64,000 bases of DNA from Azolla caroliniana (GCA_043228905.1 JBHGNT010000002.1:930001-994000), one strand, 5' to 3'; counted from the first letter of the stretch, positions 52,301 to 64,000 are shown. Made by a program: numbers and translations. The notes: generated from the letters alone by a model not told the origin.

Positions 52301-53577
52301 AGGTGGAACGACGCTCCGGAATCGACCACCCAGGTCATCTCTTCACCGGCAAGGTTCAGCTCCCTCTCTTCGGTAATGAGCATTATCTCTTCTTCACTTG
52401 CCGCGAGTGCCGTCGTTCCTTTCCGGTCCTGCCCTCGCCGATCCGGACCTCTCCGGTCCGTGGCTCCCCGGTATGCACCGTTTCTCTCTGGTGACTTCTT
52501 CGAATCGGTGTCGTGGGCTCCGTTGTCCTTTCGGTAATGCCGACAATTCTTCCGGAAGTGCCCCGGCTTCCCACAGTGGAAGCATGTGGGTCTTCCTCTT
52601 GACTGCGACCGGGTCCCCGACTTCTCCCGTCTTTGCGGACTCCGGTTCCGTTGTCTTCCCCGTTCCGATTCGGTAAGCAGCGCCTTCGAGTCGAAGGCCG
52701 GTTCTTTATCTCTCCGACGCGCTTCTTCGTTCAAAATACTCGTCTTTACCGTTTGTAGGGACAAGTTATCTTCGGTGCAGGAGGTGCTGAGAGTGACCAC
52801 CAAGTTCTCCCAGCTTTCCGGCAATGTACACATCAGAATGATGGCTTGCATTGCATCCTCCAACGGGAACTTGATCGCCGCAAGCTGGTTCACGAATCCC
52901 ATGAACGTGCTCACGTGTTCCACCATATTCTCGCCGTCCCGGTACTTGAGGTTCACTATCTTCCTCATCAGGGAGGTCCGGTTCAACGCATTCTTCCTCT
53001 CGTAGAGGCCCGACAGCTTCTTCCACATCTCATATGCGTTGGTGTCGTTCGCCACATGTTGTAGCACGCTTACATCGACATATTGCCGGATCGTCGCTAC
53101 GGCTTTCCGATTCAGGAGCTTCCACTCCGACTCTATTACTCCCTTGGGTATCTCGGCATTGTCGATCGGTTCGTACAGGTCTCGGACGATGAGAAGGTCT
53201 TCCATCTTTATCTTCCAATCGGCGTAGTTCTGTGAGTTCAACACCATCATGCCCAGAGGCCCACTACCGCCGCCTTCCATTTTCTGTGTTGCCGTTGCTC
53301 TGATACCAGATTGTAGTTCAAAACAGCGCTCGGCCACAACCGAGGAATAGGATTACCTCACAGAAAACAGGAAATACGAAATGCACGAGGGCAATAGAGA
53401 GGAGGGTACACAGGATGTTTACGTGGAAAACCCTAAATGGGAAAAACCACGGGAGTCCTCAGACTCCAACTATCACTATGAACAGAGATGTACAATAGTG
53501 AAGCTACAAGGCAACAACCTTGAGTTCACTGTCTTCGCCACAGGCGGCGGTAATACACAGAGGCAACGACCTCTTCG

Positions 53578-53609
<32 letters not shown>

Positions 53610-55169
53610 GGCTGCTCTCACTTCGCATAAAAAATGAGCAACAACATAAAAACTGTTTGCCCTAAGTCATATTTATACACATATGACTTTCGGGCTATTT
53701 ACAATTATAGCCTCAAGGGCCCTTGGCAAACATATTCACAAATATGTCCCCGCATCCGGATCTCTCTCCGGGTACATTCGTCATCCGGCTCCGTAACCGG
53801 GGTCTTCAGCATCCGGCTCCGTAGCCGGGGTATTCATCATCCGGCTCCGTAGCCGGGGTCTTCGTCATCCGGCTCCGTAGCCGCAACCGGGCTTGCCGTC
53901 ATTCATCTCCGGACATCCCATCCGGAGGGACCGAAATCCCAACAGCTAGTTATCGAAGGACCAAAACAATTAGAACCGGTGGCACCGGTGAGTGTTTAGA
54001 ATAATGAGACCCCGGTGACTGAAATAGTTCCGGATACGACCAAGGCACAGGAACAAGAACTCACCACACTGAAAGAAGAATTGGAAGAACAAGAGGCCTT
54101 AAGGGCTAAAGAACGTGAAGGGAAGAAGGCAGCGGAGGAAGAACAAAAGAAATTAGCCGAAAGCCTCCAATGAGTTGAAGAAAGCCTGCGAAAAGGTCAT
54201 CAAGCATATGACCGACTGAAGGAAGAAAAAGAAAAACTCCTACAGGAAAAGGACAAACTCCAGCGCTCGGCGGAAGTAGAGATCGAGCGACTAAAGGAAG
54301 AGCCCCGACAGCAAAAGGACCGAGAAGACCGTACTCGCCTTCTGATCAATCAAAGGCTGAATTAAAAAACGAACGACTTTAATAGGCTGCACCGGGATCA
54401 CAAACACTTGGATGCGGAACACAAGAAATTGATCACCGAAAGTGACCAACAACAGGAGAAGTTACGGGAACTTTGGGATGAGGTTAACCGTACAACGGCG
54501 GCCCTGGCGGAGGAACAGTCGAAGGGGGCAGAAGCAGCGAAAAGACTGGCGGAAGTGGCGAAAGAATGGATGGACCTGGCCCGGCAACACTCTGAGCCAA
54601 CGGAACGCGCTACAATGGCTCTGAACAAAGAGCAGAATAATTATTAGACACATCTCATGCATTACCGAAGCCAAGAAGTGGCAACCGCGAGCCTTATCAA
54701 ACAATTGAAAGACGAAAAACAAGCTGTAGAGAATAAGTCGAAGATGGGGCTCGGGCGAATCCGTGATTTGGTGCTGTCATGGTGAGACCGGACGAAGAGA
54801 CTGGTGGAAGACAGTTCGGTTCAATGGTGGTCTATATGGGCTAAGCAGGCAACAGAGTTACAATTGTTGAGAGCATATATGGAAAACTGGAGGAAGGACG
54901 ATGACGATTTCTATAAACTGGATGAAGAGAACATTGTAGCCATAAGGGAGGAATTGTCGGACGAATTCCTATCGTTAGTCAGGGACCAATTGGCAGCGGT
55001 GAGGCGATTGGTGGAACAGTTGGATGACAACCAGTTGGATACACAACTCCAGTTCAAACGGTATGAACAAGAACGGCGACTGCAAGAGGTAGCTAGAAGA
55101 AGTGTGACGATCAATATCAGTGACGAAGAGCAGTCTTCGGAGCAAGCGCCGAATGAAGCCGGAACCGGT
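47965..55169 (+). pseudogene. Degraded unknown ORF (Pro/Glu-rich then long coiled coil), probably a TE accessory ORF, split by Copia 2
   Basis: Stop-interrupted ORF pieces at 48126-49058 and 53950-55169 are joined across the GCTAG TSD. No recognisable domain. Confidence 0.45.
49059..53944 (-). mobile_element. Ty1/Copia element 2, non-autonomous (in-frame deletion of the RT N-terminal part)
   Basis: LTRs 49059-49721 and 53312-53944. TSD GCTAG. iMet PBS at ~53297-53308. ORF 53280-49732 is open but jumps WLSAM|LLYVDD, 175 aa shorter than element 3. Confidence 0.95.
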
Positions 55170-55757
55170 TTATGGGAAGCTACTAATTGTTGCTGAGTGA
55201 AGGATGTGTGTGAGTTTTGTAGTGAGCTTCTCTAAAGGCAAGGAAGAATCAAAAGAAGAGTGATGTGCTTGAACATGTCGGGAGTAGATGTCAGAGGGCT
55301 CATGTGTGAAATGTATTACGCTGTGATGGTTTGGTTGATTAGAGTTGGTGGCGTTGGAGGTGTCGCATTTTAGCTCAAAGTATAGGAAGCTATGGTTTGC
55401 ACCAATAGGGCATGGGGCCATCTGGATGGACTTAACCATGTGGGTAGCTTCAGGGCGTCCTATTAGGTAATCAACTGTGCTTTCCCCTCCATGTGGGAAA
55501 CATGTGAGCTCTTCCGATCCCGACCACTCGGCTAAACCATTATATATGATCATCTGGTGTCGACTTCCAAGTTCAAGCAGATGATGGCCAAAGCTTGTGG
55601 CGTCCACTCCTTGATCTTTTGATCTACGTGTTATGCCTATGGCTAAAGGGTTGACATTTACCATTTCTAGGTTTTTAGCCATCTGAAATATTGTGCATTG
55701 TCGGGATTGGGTTCTTGAAATCACCTACGAGGAAGAATTTCCCTTGAGAAGTGTGAA
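55170..55757 (-). mobile_element. LINE APE endonuclease fragment (RTEX-like; likely the 5' part of the 46603-47960 element)
   Basis: FLVGDF, GHHLLEL, TCFPHGGESTVDYLI, NH (SDH position). Confidence 0.7.
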
Positions 55758-55760
55758 TGT

Positions 55761-56212
55761 TGTTGGGATTACGGTCCCTCCGGATGGGATGGTCGGATGT
55801 CCGGAGCCGGATGATGAAGACCCNNNNNNNNNNNNNNNNNNNNNNNNNNNNNNNNNNNNNNNNNNNNNNNNNNNNNNNNNNNNNNNNNNNNNNNNNNNNN
55901 NNNNNNNNNNNNNNNNNNNNNNNAGAGAGAGAGAGAGAGAGAGAGACGAAGAGGTCGTTGCCTCTGTGTATTACCGCCGCCTGTGGCGAAGACAGTGAGC
56001 TCAAGGTTGTTGCCTTGTAGCTTCACCATTGTACATCTCTGTTTATAGTGATAGTTGGAGTTTGAGGACTCCCGTGGTTTTTTCCCATTTAGGGTTTTCC
56101 ACGTAAAACATCCTGTGCACCTTTCTCTCTGTTGTCTTCGTGCATTTTGTATTTCCTGTTTTCTGTGAGTTGATCCTATTCCTCGGTTGTGGCTGAGCAC
56201 CGTAGTACATCA
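55761..56212 (+). mobile_element. Solo LTR (or collapsed element) of the Copia 2/3 family, containing a 100-N assembly gap
   Basis: Reverse-complement homology to the 49059-49721 LTR. TG..CA ends. TSD AATGT (55756-55760 and 56213-56217). Ns at 55824-55923. Confidence 0.85.
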
Positions 56213-56214
56213 AA

Positions 56215-58116
56215 TGTTAATGTGCGGAAGCGTTAGACAGAACCGGCTCAACCAGATAGCAACAGAAAATGAGATGAAGGTTTAATGGAAAAGCTTTAAA
56301 ACATAGAGGAGACAGAGAGAACAGAACAAAAAACTATATTCAGAAAATTAACTCTAAGACTTTGTACATACAACATGCTAAACATCACTATTTATACAAG
56401 TCCATAAAGGACTGACAGAAGTACTGACAAGTACTTCAATGCTCACTCGTGCGATTGAAACTAACTACGAGACAATGATTACCTAGTAGTCTAGGCTACT
56501 ACTAGGCTTCCGGTTCCCGCTCAAATCTGGCTCTCCGATCCGGCTCAGGCTTATTCAACCGATCCGGATCCGGTTGAGCTTGCTCGCTCAACACTCCCCC
56601 TCAAGCTCAACTTGAGGTCGGATCGTGGTGTTAATGTCTGCGGCAATCGATTCTTCTACCTGGCTCCTTCGGGCGTTGCTCCGCCTCGCTCGCGTTCCTC
56701 GTTTGGTCTAGTCTTGTTTGCCACGACCCTTCTGGTTCTGCGCACCTCGACCTCCTCGGTCGGCTTGTCTAATCAATAGGCCCATTTCAGCTCCCTCGCT
56801 ACTGCGACTCCGACACTTGTCGACATCCGCTGCGTCCGTGTCCGCTTGGCCTTTAGTTGATCCGGGTTCACCAAATCTTGAACCGAATCGGTTTCCTTCG
56901 ATTCGTTCTAGCTCTTGTCCGAGTCGGTGTTCTCCAACTCAACTTCCGATTTCAAGCCCTTCACCACACTAGACCACTTTCGGGTGTTGGCCGTTTTCTT
57001 CCGGTCGGCTCTGTCCTTCTTGACTCTGCCGCCGCTGCCGCTTGTTCCAACCTTTTCGGATGTGCCGACTCCTTGTCCAGTGCCATCCGTTCCCTTTCCT
57101 TTTCTCCCCCTCAAGTGCAGCACGTCGAGATGCTGAACACCAAGCATTTCGGTGAAGTGCTGCAACGTGTCCGATCCGAGCGGTTTGATGACGATATCGG
57201 CAATTTGCCGATCTGTCGGAACATACCGAAGTTCTACTTCACCGCTCAAAACCCGCTCACGCAGAAAGTGATAATGGACTTCTATGTGCTTCGTTTGAGC
57301 ATGGAACATGGGTTCTTGGCGAGTTGAATGTTGCTCATGTTGTCACAATAGAGCAGGATCGAGGTCGGGACCTCAACCCGCAGGTCTTGCAGCAGTTGCC
57401 AAAGCCAGATGGCTTCACATGTGGCATTGGTAGCGCCCCGGTATTCAACCTTAGTGCTTGACAAAGCCACTGTTGGATGCTTTTTGCTGCTCCACGCAAC
57501 AAACGCGCTACCCAGAGAAAACATTTGTATATCCGACTAGTTCTTCGGTTATACCATGCCAGTATAACAGTCCCCGATCCTTTGTGCCGCTCACATACCG
57601 GAGTATTTGGTGTGCGTACTGAAGGTGCTCGACGGTCGGCTTCTCCATGAACTAGCTGATCACTCCGACCGGGTAACTGAGGTCGGGTCGAGTGATTGTC
57701 AAGTATATCAGGCTTTCGACGATTTGTCGGAACCGTTTCTCATCGCAGGCCGGTCCGGAGTTGGGACAGAGCTTCTGGTTCCGGTCCGGGGGTGTGGAGA
57801 CAGGTCGGCTCTCCGTCATATCAAACTTGTATAGCATATTCAACACATAGTGTCGTTGTGAGAGAAATATGCCGTCAGGGGTTCGGATCATCTCGATCCC
57901 AAGAAATAATGAAGGTCCCCTAGGTCCTTCATTTCAAATGCGTCTGACAACTGGGACTTTACTCGGCCGATTTCATTGAGTCCGGGTCCAATGATGACTA
58001 GATCATAAACATAAAGTAGGATGCAACCAAACCGTCCGGACCTTGCCGGATGAACAATTACGAGTCGGATATAGACGTCACAAACCCCATCTTACGCAAC
58101 CGGTGCGTGATCTTCG
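56215..58116 (-). mobile_element. Decayed Copia 3' part (RT, RNase H, PPT, 3' LTR 56215-56593)
   Basis: LSQRHYV, TRPDLSYPVGVIS, WSSKK..VALSSTKVEY and TKHIEVHYHFLRE, with frameshifts. PPT GAGGGGGAG next to the LTR. Confidence 0.85.
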
Positions 58117-58317
58117 TGATGGGAACTCAACGCTCCTTATGCACAACGCTCGGCCACAACCGAGCTTAGAATCATACATAGAAAACAGGAAACGGAAAAC
58201 ACGCGACACAAAGGAGAAGAAAAAATGTACACAGGATGTTTACGTGGAAAACCCAAACTAAGGGTAAAAAACCACAACAGCCCACAGGCTGCAAACTATC
58301 ACTATGTTGGAGTGTAC

Positions 58318-61300
58318 TGTCGCAATTCCGTGCTCGGCCACAACCGAGGAACAGGATCGATTCACAGAAAACGGGAAATACAACAATGCACGAAAAACAA
58401 TAGAGAGAAGGGTACACTGGATGTTTTTCGTGGAAAACCCTAAATGGGAAAAACCACGGGAGTGCAAGACTCCAACTATCACTATACGCGGGAATGTACA
58501 ATGGCGAGCTGTAAGGCGACGACCTTGAGCTCGCTGTCCTCGCCACAGGCGGCGGTATTACACAGAGGCGTCGACCTCTTCCTTCCTCTTTCTCTCTCAC
58601 TCTCTCTCGGCTGCTCTCACTTCGCTCCCTCTTAGTGGAAATGAGCAACAACAAAAACTGTTTGCCCTAAGTCATATTTATACACATATGACTTTCGGGC
58701 TATTTACAAATATAGCCTCAAGGGCCCTTGGCAAACATATTCACAGATATGTCCCCGCATCCGGATCTCTCTCCGGGTACATACGTCATCCGGCTCCGTA
58801 ACCGGGGTCTTCAGCATCCGGCTCCGTAACCGGGTACTCTTCATCCGGCTTCATGCCGGGTACTCTTCATCATACGGTTCCGTAACAGCCTCCGGGCTTG
58901 CCGTCATTCATCTCCGGACATCCCATCCGGAGGGACCGAAATCCCAACAAACTCCCCCTTCACTTCGGCATGGGATGTCTCTCCAACCCGATCCTCTTCC
59001 GGCATGCTTCCAACTTGTCGGGTGTGAGCACCTTGGTCAGCATATCCGACCCGTTCTCGTCCGTATGGATCTTCGTCAGCACGAACTCCTTGTCTTCTAT
59101 TCTTTCCCGGATCCAGTGGTATCTACGCTGGATGTGTTTCGTCCGGGAATGGTAGGCCGCGTTCTTCGCAAGGTGGATGGCACTCAGACTATCGCAGTAG
59201 AGTCGGTACTCCTCCTGCCGGATACCGAGCTCTCTAATGAAGTCCTTCATCCATATTATTTCCTTGCCGGCTTCAACAGCCGCCATGTACTCCGCCTCCG
59301 TGGTTGACAGCGCAACCGTCTTCTGCAGCCTCGACTGCCACGAAACAGCTCCACCTGCATACGTCATCACATACCCTGATGTGGACCGGCTGGTATCTGC
59401 ATCAGCCGACATATCCGAATCGGTAAAGCCGTCGAATTCGGGCTTACCGGAGCCGAATCGGAGGCACACGTTTGCCGTGCCCTTCAGGTATCGGAGTATC
59501 CACTTGACCGCGTTCCAGTGCTCTTTGCCGGGATTGCTCATGTACCGGCTCACCACTCCAACTGCATATCCTATGTCCGGTCTTGTACACACCATTGCGT
59601 ACATCAAGCTTCCGACGGCAGAGGCATATGGTACTTTCATCATGTCCTCCTTCTCAGCCTTTGTCTTGGGGCTTTGCTTGCTGGACAACTTGCAGTTTGC
59701 CGGGAGGGTTGACCCGACCGGTCTTGCTTCCGACATGTTGAACCGGTGAAGCACCTTTGTCACGTACTTCTCCTGTGACAGCCACAACTGCTTCTTCTTC
59801 CGGTCCCGGATGATGTGCATCCCTAGTATTTGCCTCGCCGGACCCAGGTCCTTCATTGAGAAGGTTCGGTGAAGCGCTTTCTTCAGCGCCCGTATCTTGA
59901 CCTGGTCCCGTCCGACGATCAACATGTCGTCCACGTACAGGAGGAGTATTAGAGAGTCTCCTCCTTCGAACTTCTTCACAAACACGCAGTGATCAGACTG
60001 CGTTTTGTGGTACCCTTCGTCGGTCATGAAGGAGTCGAACTTCCGGTACCATTGCCGGGGAGCTTGCTTCAGTCCGTAAAGGCTCTTCTTCAACCGGCAT
60101 ACCAGGTGCTCCTTCCCTTTCTTCTCGAATCCTTCCGGTTGCTGCATGTAGATCTCTTCTTCGAGGTCACCGTGAAGGAATGTCGTCTTCACGTCCATCT
60201 GTTCTACCTCGAGGTCCATGCTTGCCGCTATGCTCAGCACCGTCCGGATGGAGGTCATCTTCACTACCGGGGCAAATATCTCGTCGAAGTCGACGCCCTT
60301 CTTCTGCTGAAACCCCTTCACCACGATCCTGGCTTTGTATCTCGGGGGGTTTCCGGCATCTCCCGGTTTCAGCTTGAACACCCACTTGTTTCGAAGTGCC
60401 CGCTTTCCTTTCGGCAACTCCACAAGTTCATATGTGTGGTTCTCATGCAGGGAATCCATCTCGCCCTGCATGGCACTCAACCACCTGCGGCTCTGGGTGT
60501 CATGCTTTGCTTCTTCAAAGCTCTCCGGCTCCCCTTCGTCGGTTAGCAGCACGTGCTCTGGTTCCGGAAATCTCCGGGGGGCCCTTCTCTCTCTTAGAGG
60601 ATATCTCCGTTCCGGAGCTTCGGTAACCGGTTCTTCCGATTCTTCTTCATCCGAATCCATTCCGGGATCGGGGCCGGTTCCGGTATCATTTTCATCTTCT
60701 TCGGCCGGTTCTGTTTCTTCACCGTCTTCGGCCGGATCCTCGAGTGCTAACCGGTCTCTTGCCGGTCGGGACTGCTCCTCGTAGAGTTGATCCTCACCGG
60801 TCGACTTGGATCTCTTCATCTTCTTCTCCGACTCCCAGTCGGCAAGTGTCTTGTTCTCCATGAAGATGATATCACGACTCCGGAATATCTTCTTGTCGAC
60901 CGGGTCCCATACTCGGTAGCCGAACTCGTCATCGCCGTAACCGAGGAATATGCATGGCCGGGTCTTTGGATCTAGCTTTCCTCTCCGGTCCTTAGCCACA
61001 TGCACATATGCGAGGCACCCGAACACCTTCAGATGCCGGTAGGATACTTCCCTACCGGTCCACACTCTCTGCGGCGTGTCTCCGTCCAAAGGTACTGAGG
61101 GTGATCTATTTATCACGTATGTCGCCGTCGACATCGCCTCAGCCCAAAACCCCTTGGGTAATTTCGCATGCGCTAGCATACTCCGGACCCTCTCCATTAT
61201 GGTCCGGTTCATCCTCTCGGCCAGCCCGTTCAGTTCCGGCGTCTTCGGCACAGTAAACTCGAGCCGGATTCCCTTCGAGCGACAGTACTCCGCGAACTGC

Positions 61301-63696
61301 CCCCGGTATTCTCCTCCGTTATCCGCTCGTATCGCTTTCAGCTTCTTGCCGGATTCTCTTTCCACTCTCGCGTGGAGTTCTTTGAAGACGGACAACACTT
61401 GGTCCTTTGTCTTCAACGGTGCCGTCCACAGCTTCCGGCTGTGATCATCAATGAAAGTCACGAAGTACTGGGCTCCGCCATGTGACTTTGTTTCTACCTG
61501 ACACACATCAGTGTGCACCAACTCCAATGGTGCGCTACGTCTCGTCGGTGGCCTTGAGTGGAAGGAGGTTCGGTTCTGCTTACCGGCCAGGCAATCGGTG
61601 CACTTCTCCAGGTGCACATGCTTCACTGGAATAAGGTTGTCTTCTGCAAGCCTCTTCATCCCCTTCTCACTCATGTGGCACAGTCTTTTGTGCCACAGCT
61701 CACCGGCAGTGTCGGCTGCCACATTCAGCTCTTCCGGACATAACCAGGCATTCATAAGGTACAGTGTGTTGACTTTCCGGGCCCGAGCCACTATCAGGCT
61801 TCCCTTGCTGAACTTCATTACGCCGTTCCGGATGCTACCTGTGTAGCCTTCATCGTCTAGCCTCCCGGCCGAAATCAGGTTCAATCGAACCTCCGGAACG
61901 TGTCGGACATCCTTCAGCAGCATTTTGCATCCGGTCGGGGTTGTCAACCATACGTCTCCTATGCCGGCAATCCGGCACGTACCTTCATTTCCCATCCGAA
62001 CACAGCCATGTTCACCGGCTGTGTAGGATGAGAAGTATCTACTTTCCGGGGTCAGGTGGAACGACGCTCCGGAATCGACCACCCAGGTAGTCTCATCGCC
62101 GGCAATGTTTAGTTCACCTTCTTCGGTGATGAGCATGATCTCCTCTTCACTTGCCGCGAGTGCCGTCGTTCCTTTCCGGTCCTGCCCTCGCCGATCCGGA
62201 CCTCTCCGGTCCGTGGCTCCCCGGTATGCACCGTTTCTCTCCGGTGACTTCTTCGAATCGGTGTCGTCGGCTCCGTTGTCTTTTCGGTAATGCCGACAAT
62301 TCTTCCGGAAGTGTCCCGGCTTCCCACAGTGGAAGCATGTGGGTCTTCCTCTTGACTGCGACCGGGTCCCCGACTTCTCCCGTCTTTGCGGACTCCGGTT
62401 CCATTGTCTTCCCCGTTCCGATTCGGTAAGCAGCGCCTTCGAGTCGGAGACCGGTTCTTTATCTCTCCGATGCGCTTCTTCGTTCAAAATACTTGTCTTT
62501 ACCGTTTGTAGGGACAAGTTATCTTCGGTGCAGGAGGTGCTGAGAGTCACCACCAAGTTCTCCCAGCTGTCCGGCAATGTACACATCAGGATGATGGCTT
62601 GCATTGCATCCTCCAACGGGAACTTGATCGCCGCAAGCTGGTTCACGAATCCCATGAACGTGCTTACGTGTTCCACCATACTCTCGCCGTCCCGGTACTT
62701 GAGGTTCACTATCTTTCTCATCAGGGAGGTCCGGTTCAACGCATTCTTCCTCTCGTAGAGGCCCGACAGCTTCCTCCACATCTCATATGCGTTGGTGTCG
62801 TTCGCCACGTGTTGTAGAACGCTCACGTCGACGTATTGCCGAATGGTTGCAACGGCTTTCCGGTTCAGAAGCCTCCACTCCGTCTCAAGTACCCCCTTGG
62901 GTATTTCCGACCTGTCGATCGGTTCATACAGGTCCCGAACAATGAGCAAATCCTCCATCTTTATCTTCCAGTCGGCGTAGTTCTGCGCATTCAGCACCAT
63001 CATCCCCGGCTGCCCGCCGCTGCCGCCTTCCATTTTCTGTGTTACCATCGCTCTGATACCACTTTGTCGCAATTCCGTGCTCGGCCACAACCGAGGAACA
63101 GGATCGATTCACAGAAAATGGGAAATACAACAATGCACGAAAAACAATAGAGAGAAGGGTACACTGGATGTTTTTCGTGGAAAACCCTAAATGGGAAAAA
63201 CCACGGGAGTGCAAGACTCCAACTATCACTATACGCGGGAATGTACAATGGCGAGCTGTAAGGCGACGACCTTGAGCTCGCTGTCCTCGCCACAGGCGGC
63301 GGTATTACACAGAGGCGTCGACCTCTTCCTTCCTCTTTCTCTCTCACTCTCTCTCGGCTGCTCTCACTTCGCTCCCTCTTAGTGGAAATGAGCAACAACA
63401 AAAACTGTTTGCCCTAAGTCATATTTATACACATATGACTTTCGGGCTATTTACAAATATAGCCTCAAGGGCCCTTGGCAAACATATTCACAGATATGTC
63501 CCCGCATCCGGATCTCTCTCCGGGTACATACGTCATCCGGCTCCGTAACCGGGGTCTTCAGCATCCGGCTCCGTAACCGGGTACTCTTCATCCGGCTTCA
63601 TGCCGGGTACTCTTCATCATACGGTTCCGTAACAGCCTCCGGGCTTGCCGTCATTCATCTCCGGACATCCCATCCGGAGGGACCGAAATCCCAACA
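58318..63696 (-). mobile_element. Ty1/Copia element 3, intact
   Basis: LTRs 58318-58949 and 63065-63696 (632 bp, one C/T difference seen). TSD TGTAC. iMet PBS at 63050-63061. Confidence 0.97.
58960..63048 (-). CDS. Copia gag-pol polyprotein (uninterrupted)
   Basis: CFHCGKPGHFRKNC, WVVDSGAS, ADNGGEY, QMDVKTTFL, YVDD, FTDSD, TEAEY, KHIQRRYHW. Confidence 0.95.
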   Translation of the reverse strand: MVTQKMEGGSGGQPGMMVLNAQNYADWKIKMEDLLIVRDLYEPIDRSEIPKGVLETEWRLLNRKAVATIRQYVDVSVLQHVANDTNAYEMWRKLSGLYERKNALNRTSLMRKIVNLKYRDGESMVEHVSTFMGFVNQLAAIKFPLEDAMQAIILMCTLPDSWENLVVTLSTSCTEDNLSLQTVKTSILNEEAHRRDKEPVSDSKALLTESERGRQWNRSPQRREKSGTRSQSRGRPTCFHCGKPGHFRKNCRHYRKDNGADDTDSKKSPERNGAYRGATDRRGPDRRGQDRKGTTALAASEEEIMLITEEGELNIAGDETTWVVDSGASFHLTPESRYFSSYTAGEHGCVRMGNEGTCRIAGIGDVWLTTPTGCKMLLKDVRHVPEVRLNLISAGRLDDEGYTGSIRNGVMKFSKGSLIVARARKVNTLYLMNAWLCPEELNVAADTAGELWHKRLCHMSEKGMKRLAEDNLIPVKHVHLEKCTDCLAGKQNRTSFHSRPPTRRSAPLELVHTDVCQVETKSHGGAQYFVTFIDDHSRKLWTAPLKTKDQVLSVFKELHARVERESGKKLKAIRADNGGEYRGQFAEYCRSKGIRLEFTVPKTPELNGLAERMNRTIMERVRSMLAHAKLPKGFWAEAMSTATYVINRSPSVPLDGDTPQRVWTGREVSYRHLKVFGCLAYVHVAKDRRGKLDPKTRPCIFLGYGDDEFGYRVWDPVDKKIFRSRDIIFMENKTLADWESEKKMKRSKSTGEDQLYEEQSRPARDRLALEDPAEDGEETEPAEEDENDTGTGPDPGMDSDEEESEEPVTEAPERRYPLRERRAPRRFPEPEHVLLTDEGEPESFEEAKHDTQSRRWLSAMQGEMDSLHENHTYELVELPKGKRALRNKWVFKLKPGDAGNPPRYKARIVVKGFQQKKGVDFDEIFAPVVKMTSIRTVLSIAASMDLEVEQMDVKTTFLHGDLEEEIYMQQPEGFEKKGKEHLVCRLKKSLYGLKQAPRQWYRKFDSFMTDEGYHKTQSDHCVFVKKFEGGDSLILLLYVDDMLIVGRDQVKIRALKKALHRTFSMKDLGPARQILGMHIIRDRKKKQLWLSQEKYVTKVLHRFNMSEARPVGSTLPANCKLSSKQSPKTKAEKEDMMKVPYASAVGSLMYAMVCTRPDIGYAVGVVSRYMSNPGKEHWNAVKWILRYLKGTANVCLRFGSGKPEFDGFTDSDMSADADTSRSTSGYVMTYAGGAVSWQSRLQKTVALSTTEAEYMAAVEAGKEIIWMKDFIRELGIRQEEYRLYCDSLSAIHLAKNAAYHSRTKHIQRRYHWIRERIEDKEFVLTKIHTDENGSDMLTKVLTPDKLEACRKRIGLERHPMPK

Positions 63697-63738
63697 TGTA
63701 CAACAGTGAGTTCATGGAGGCAACGACCTCGTGCTCAC

Positions 63739-63769
<31 letters not shown>

Positions 63770-64000
63770 GTACACAGTTACGCACTCTCTTTCTCCTTCT
63801 GTACACAACAAGAAATGACAACAACACAATAAAAGTTTTCCCTAAGTCATATTTATCCTAATATGACTTTTCGGCTATTTACAAATATAACCACGATGGA
63901 CTGTCAGAAACATATTTACGAATATGTCTCTTCATCCGGTGAGCATTCCTCACGGGGTCTGCACCATCCGGCTCTGCGTAGCCGGGTACTCCTCATCCAG

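Larger units (their letters stand above)
58117..64000 (-). mobile_element. LTR of a related Copia subfamily (58117-58317 plus 63702-64000), hosting element 3
   Basis: Shares ctcggccacaaccgag, ggatgtttacgtggaaaaccc, (CT)n and cctaagtcatattta with the Copia 2/3 LTRs. Continuous across the TGTAC TSD. Confidence 0.75.

Noticed and set aside
49670-63400. Many antisense ORFs shared between Copia 2 and 3
   Set aside because: Expected from GC-rich codon usage and high copy identity; no independent coding signal.

Overview
Eukaryotic nuclear DNA from a land plant. A seed-free plant such as a fern is inferred from the gene models and TE lineages. Bases 1-10 kb hold two convergent intron-rich housekeeping genes: the 3' end of a NUP188-like nucleoporin and an RCC1-repeat/RCC2-like gene with an AT-hook tail. 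From 12 kb on, the window is a nested transposon landscape. It has two inverted copies of one chromodomain Ty3/Gypsy family, three Ty1/Copia elements with TSDs (two look intact and very young, one has an in-frame RT deletion), solo LTRs and decayed RTE/RTEX-like and L1-like LINEs. Two host-type genes lie between the inverted Gypsy copies: a nearly intronless, divergent dynamin-superfamily (NUGGC/SLIP-GC-like) GTPase and a 9-exon histidine-phosphatase/phosphoglycerate-mutase-like gene missed by the ORF track. The strongest signals are in the Gypsy family: a Tf1-style self-priming PBS, an antisense tRNA-like A-box/B-box cassette at the U3 end of every LTR, a GUUAAAC slippery site plus pseudoknot at gag/pol, and the same in-frame TAG inside RNase H in both copies. 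All family assignments come from motif recognition, not database searches.
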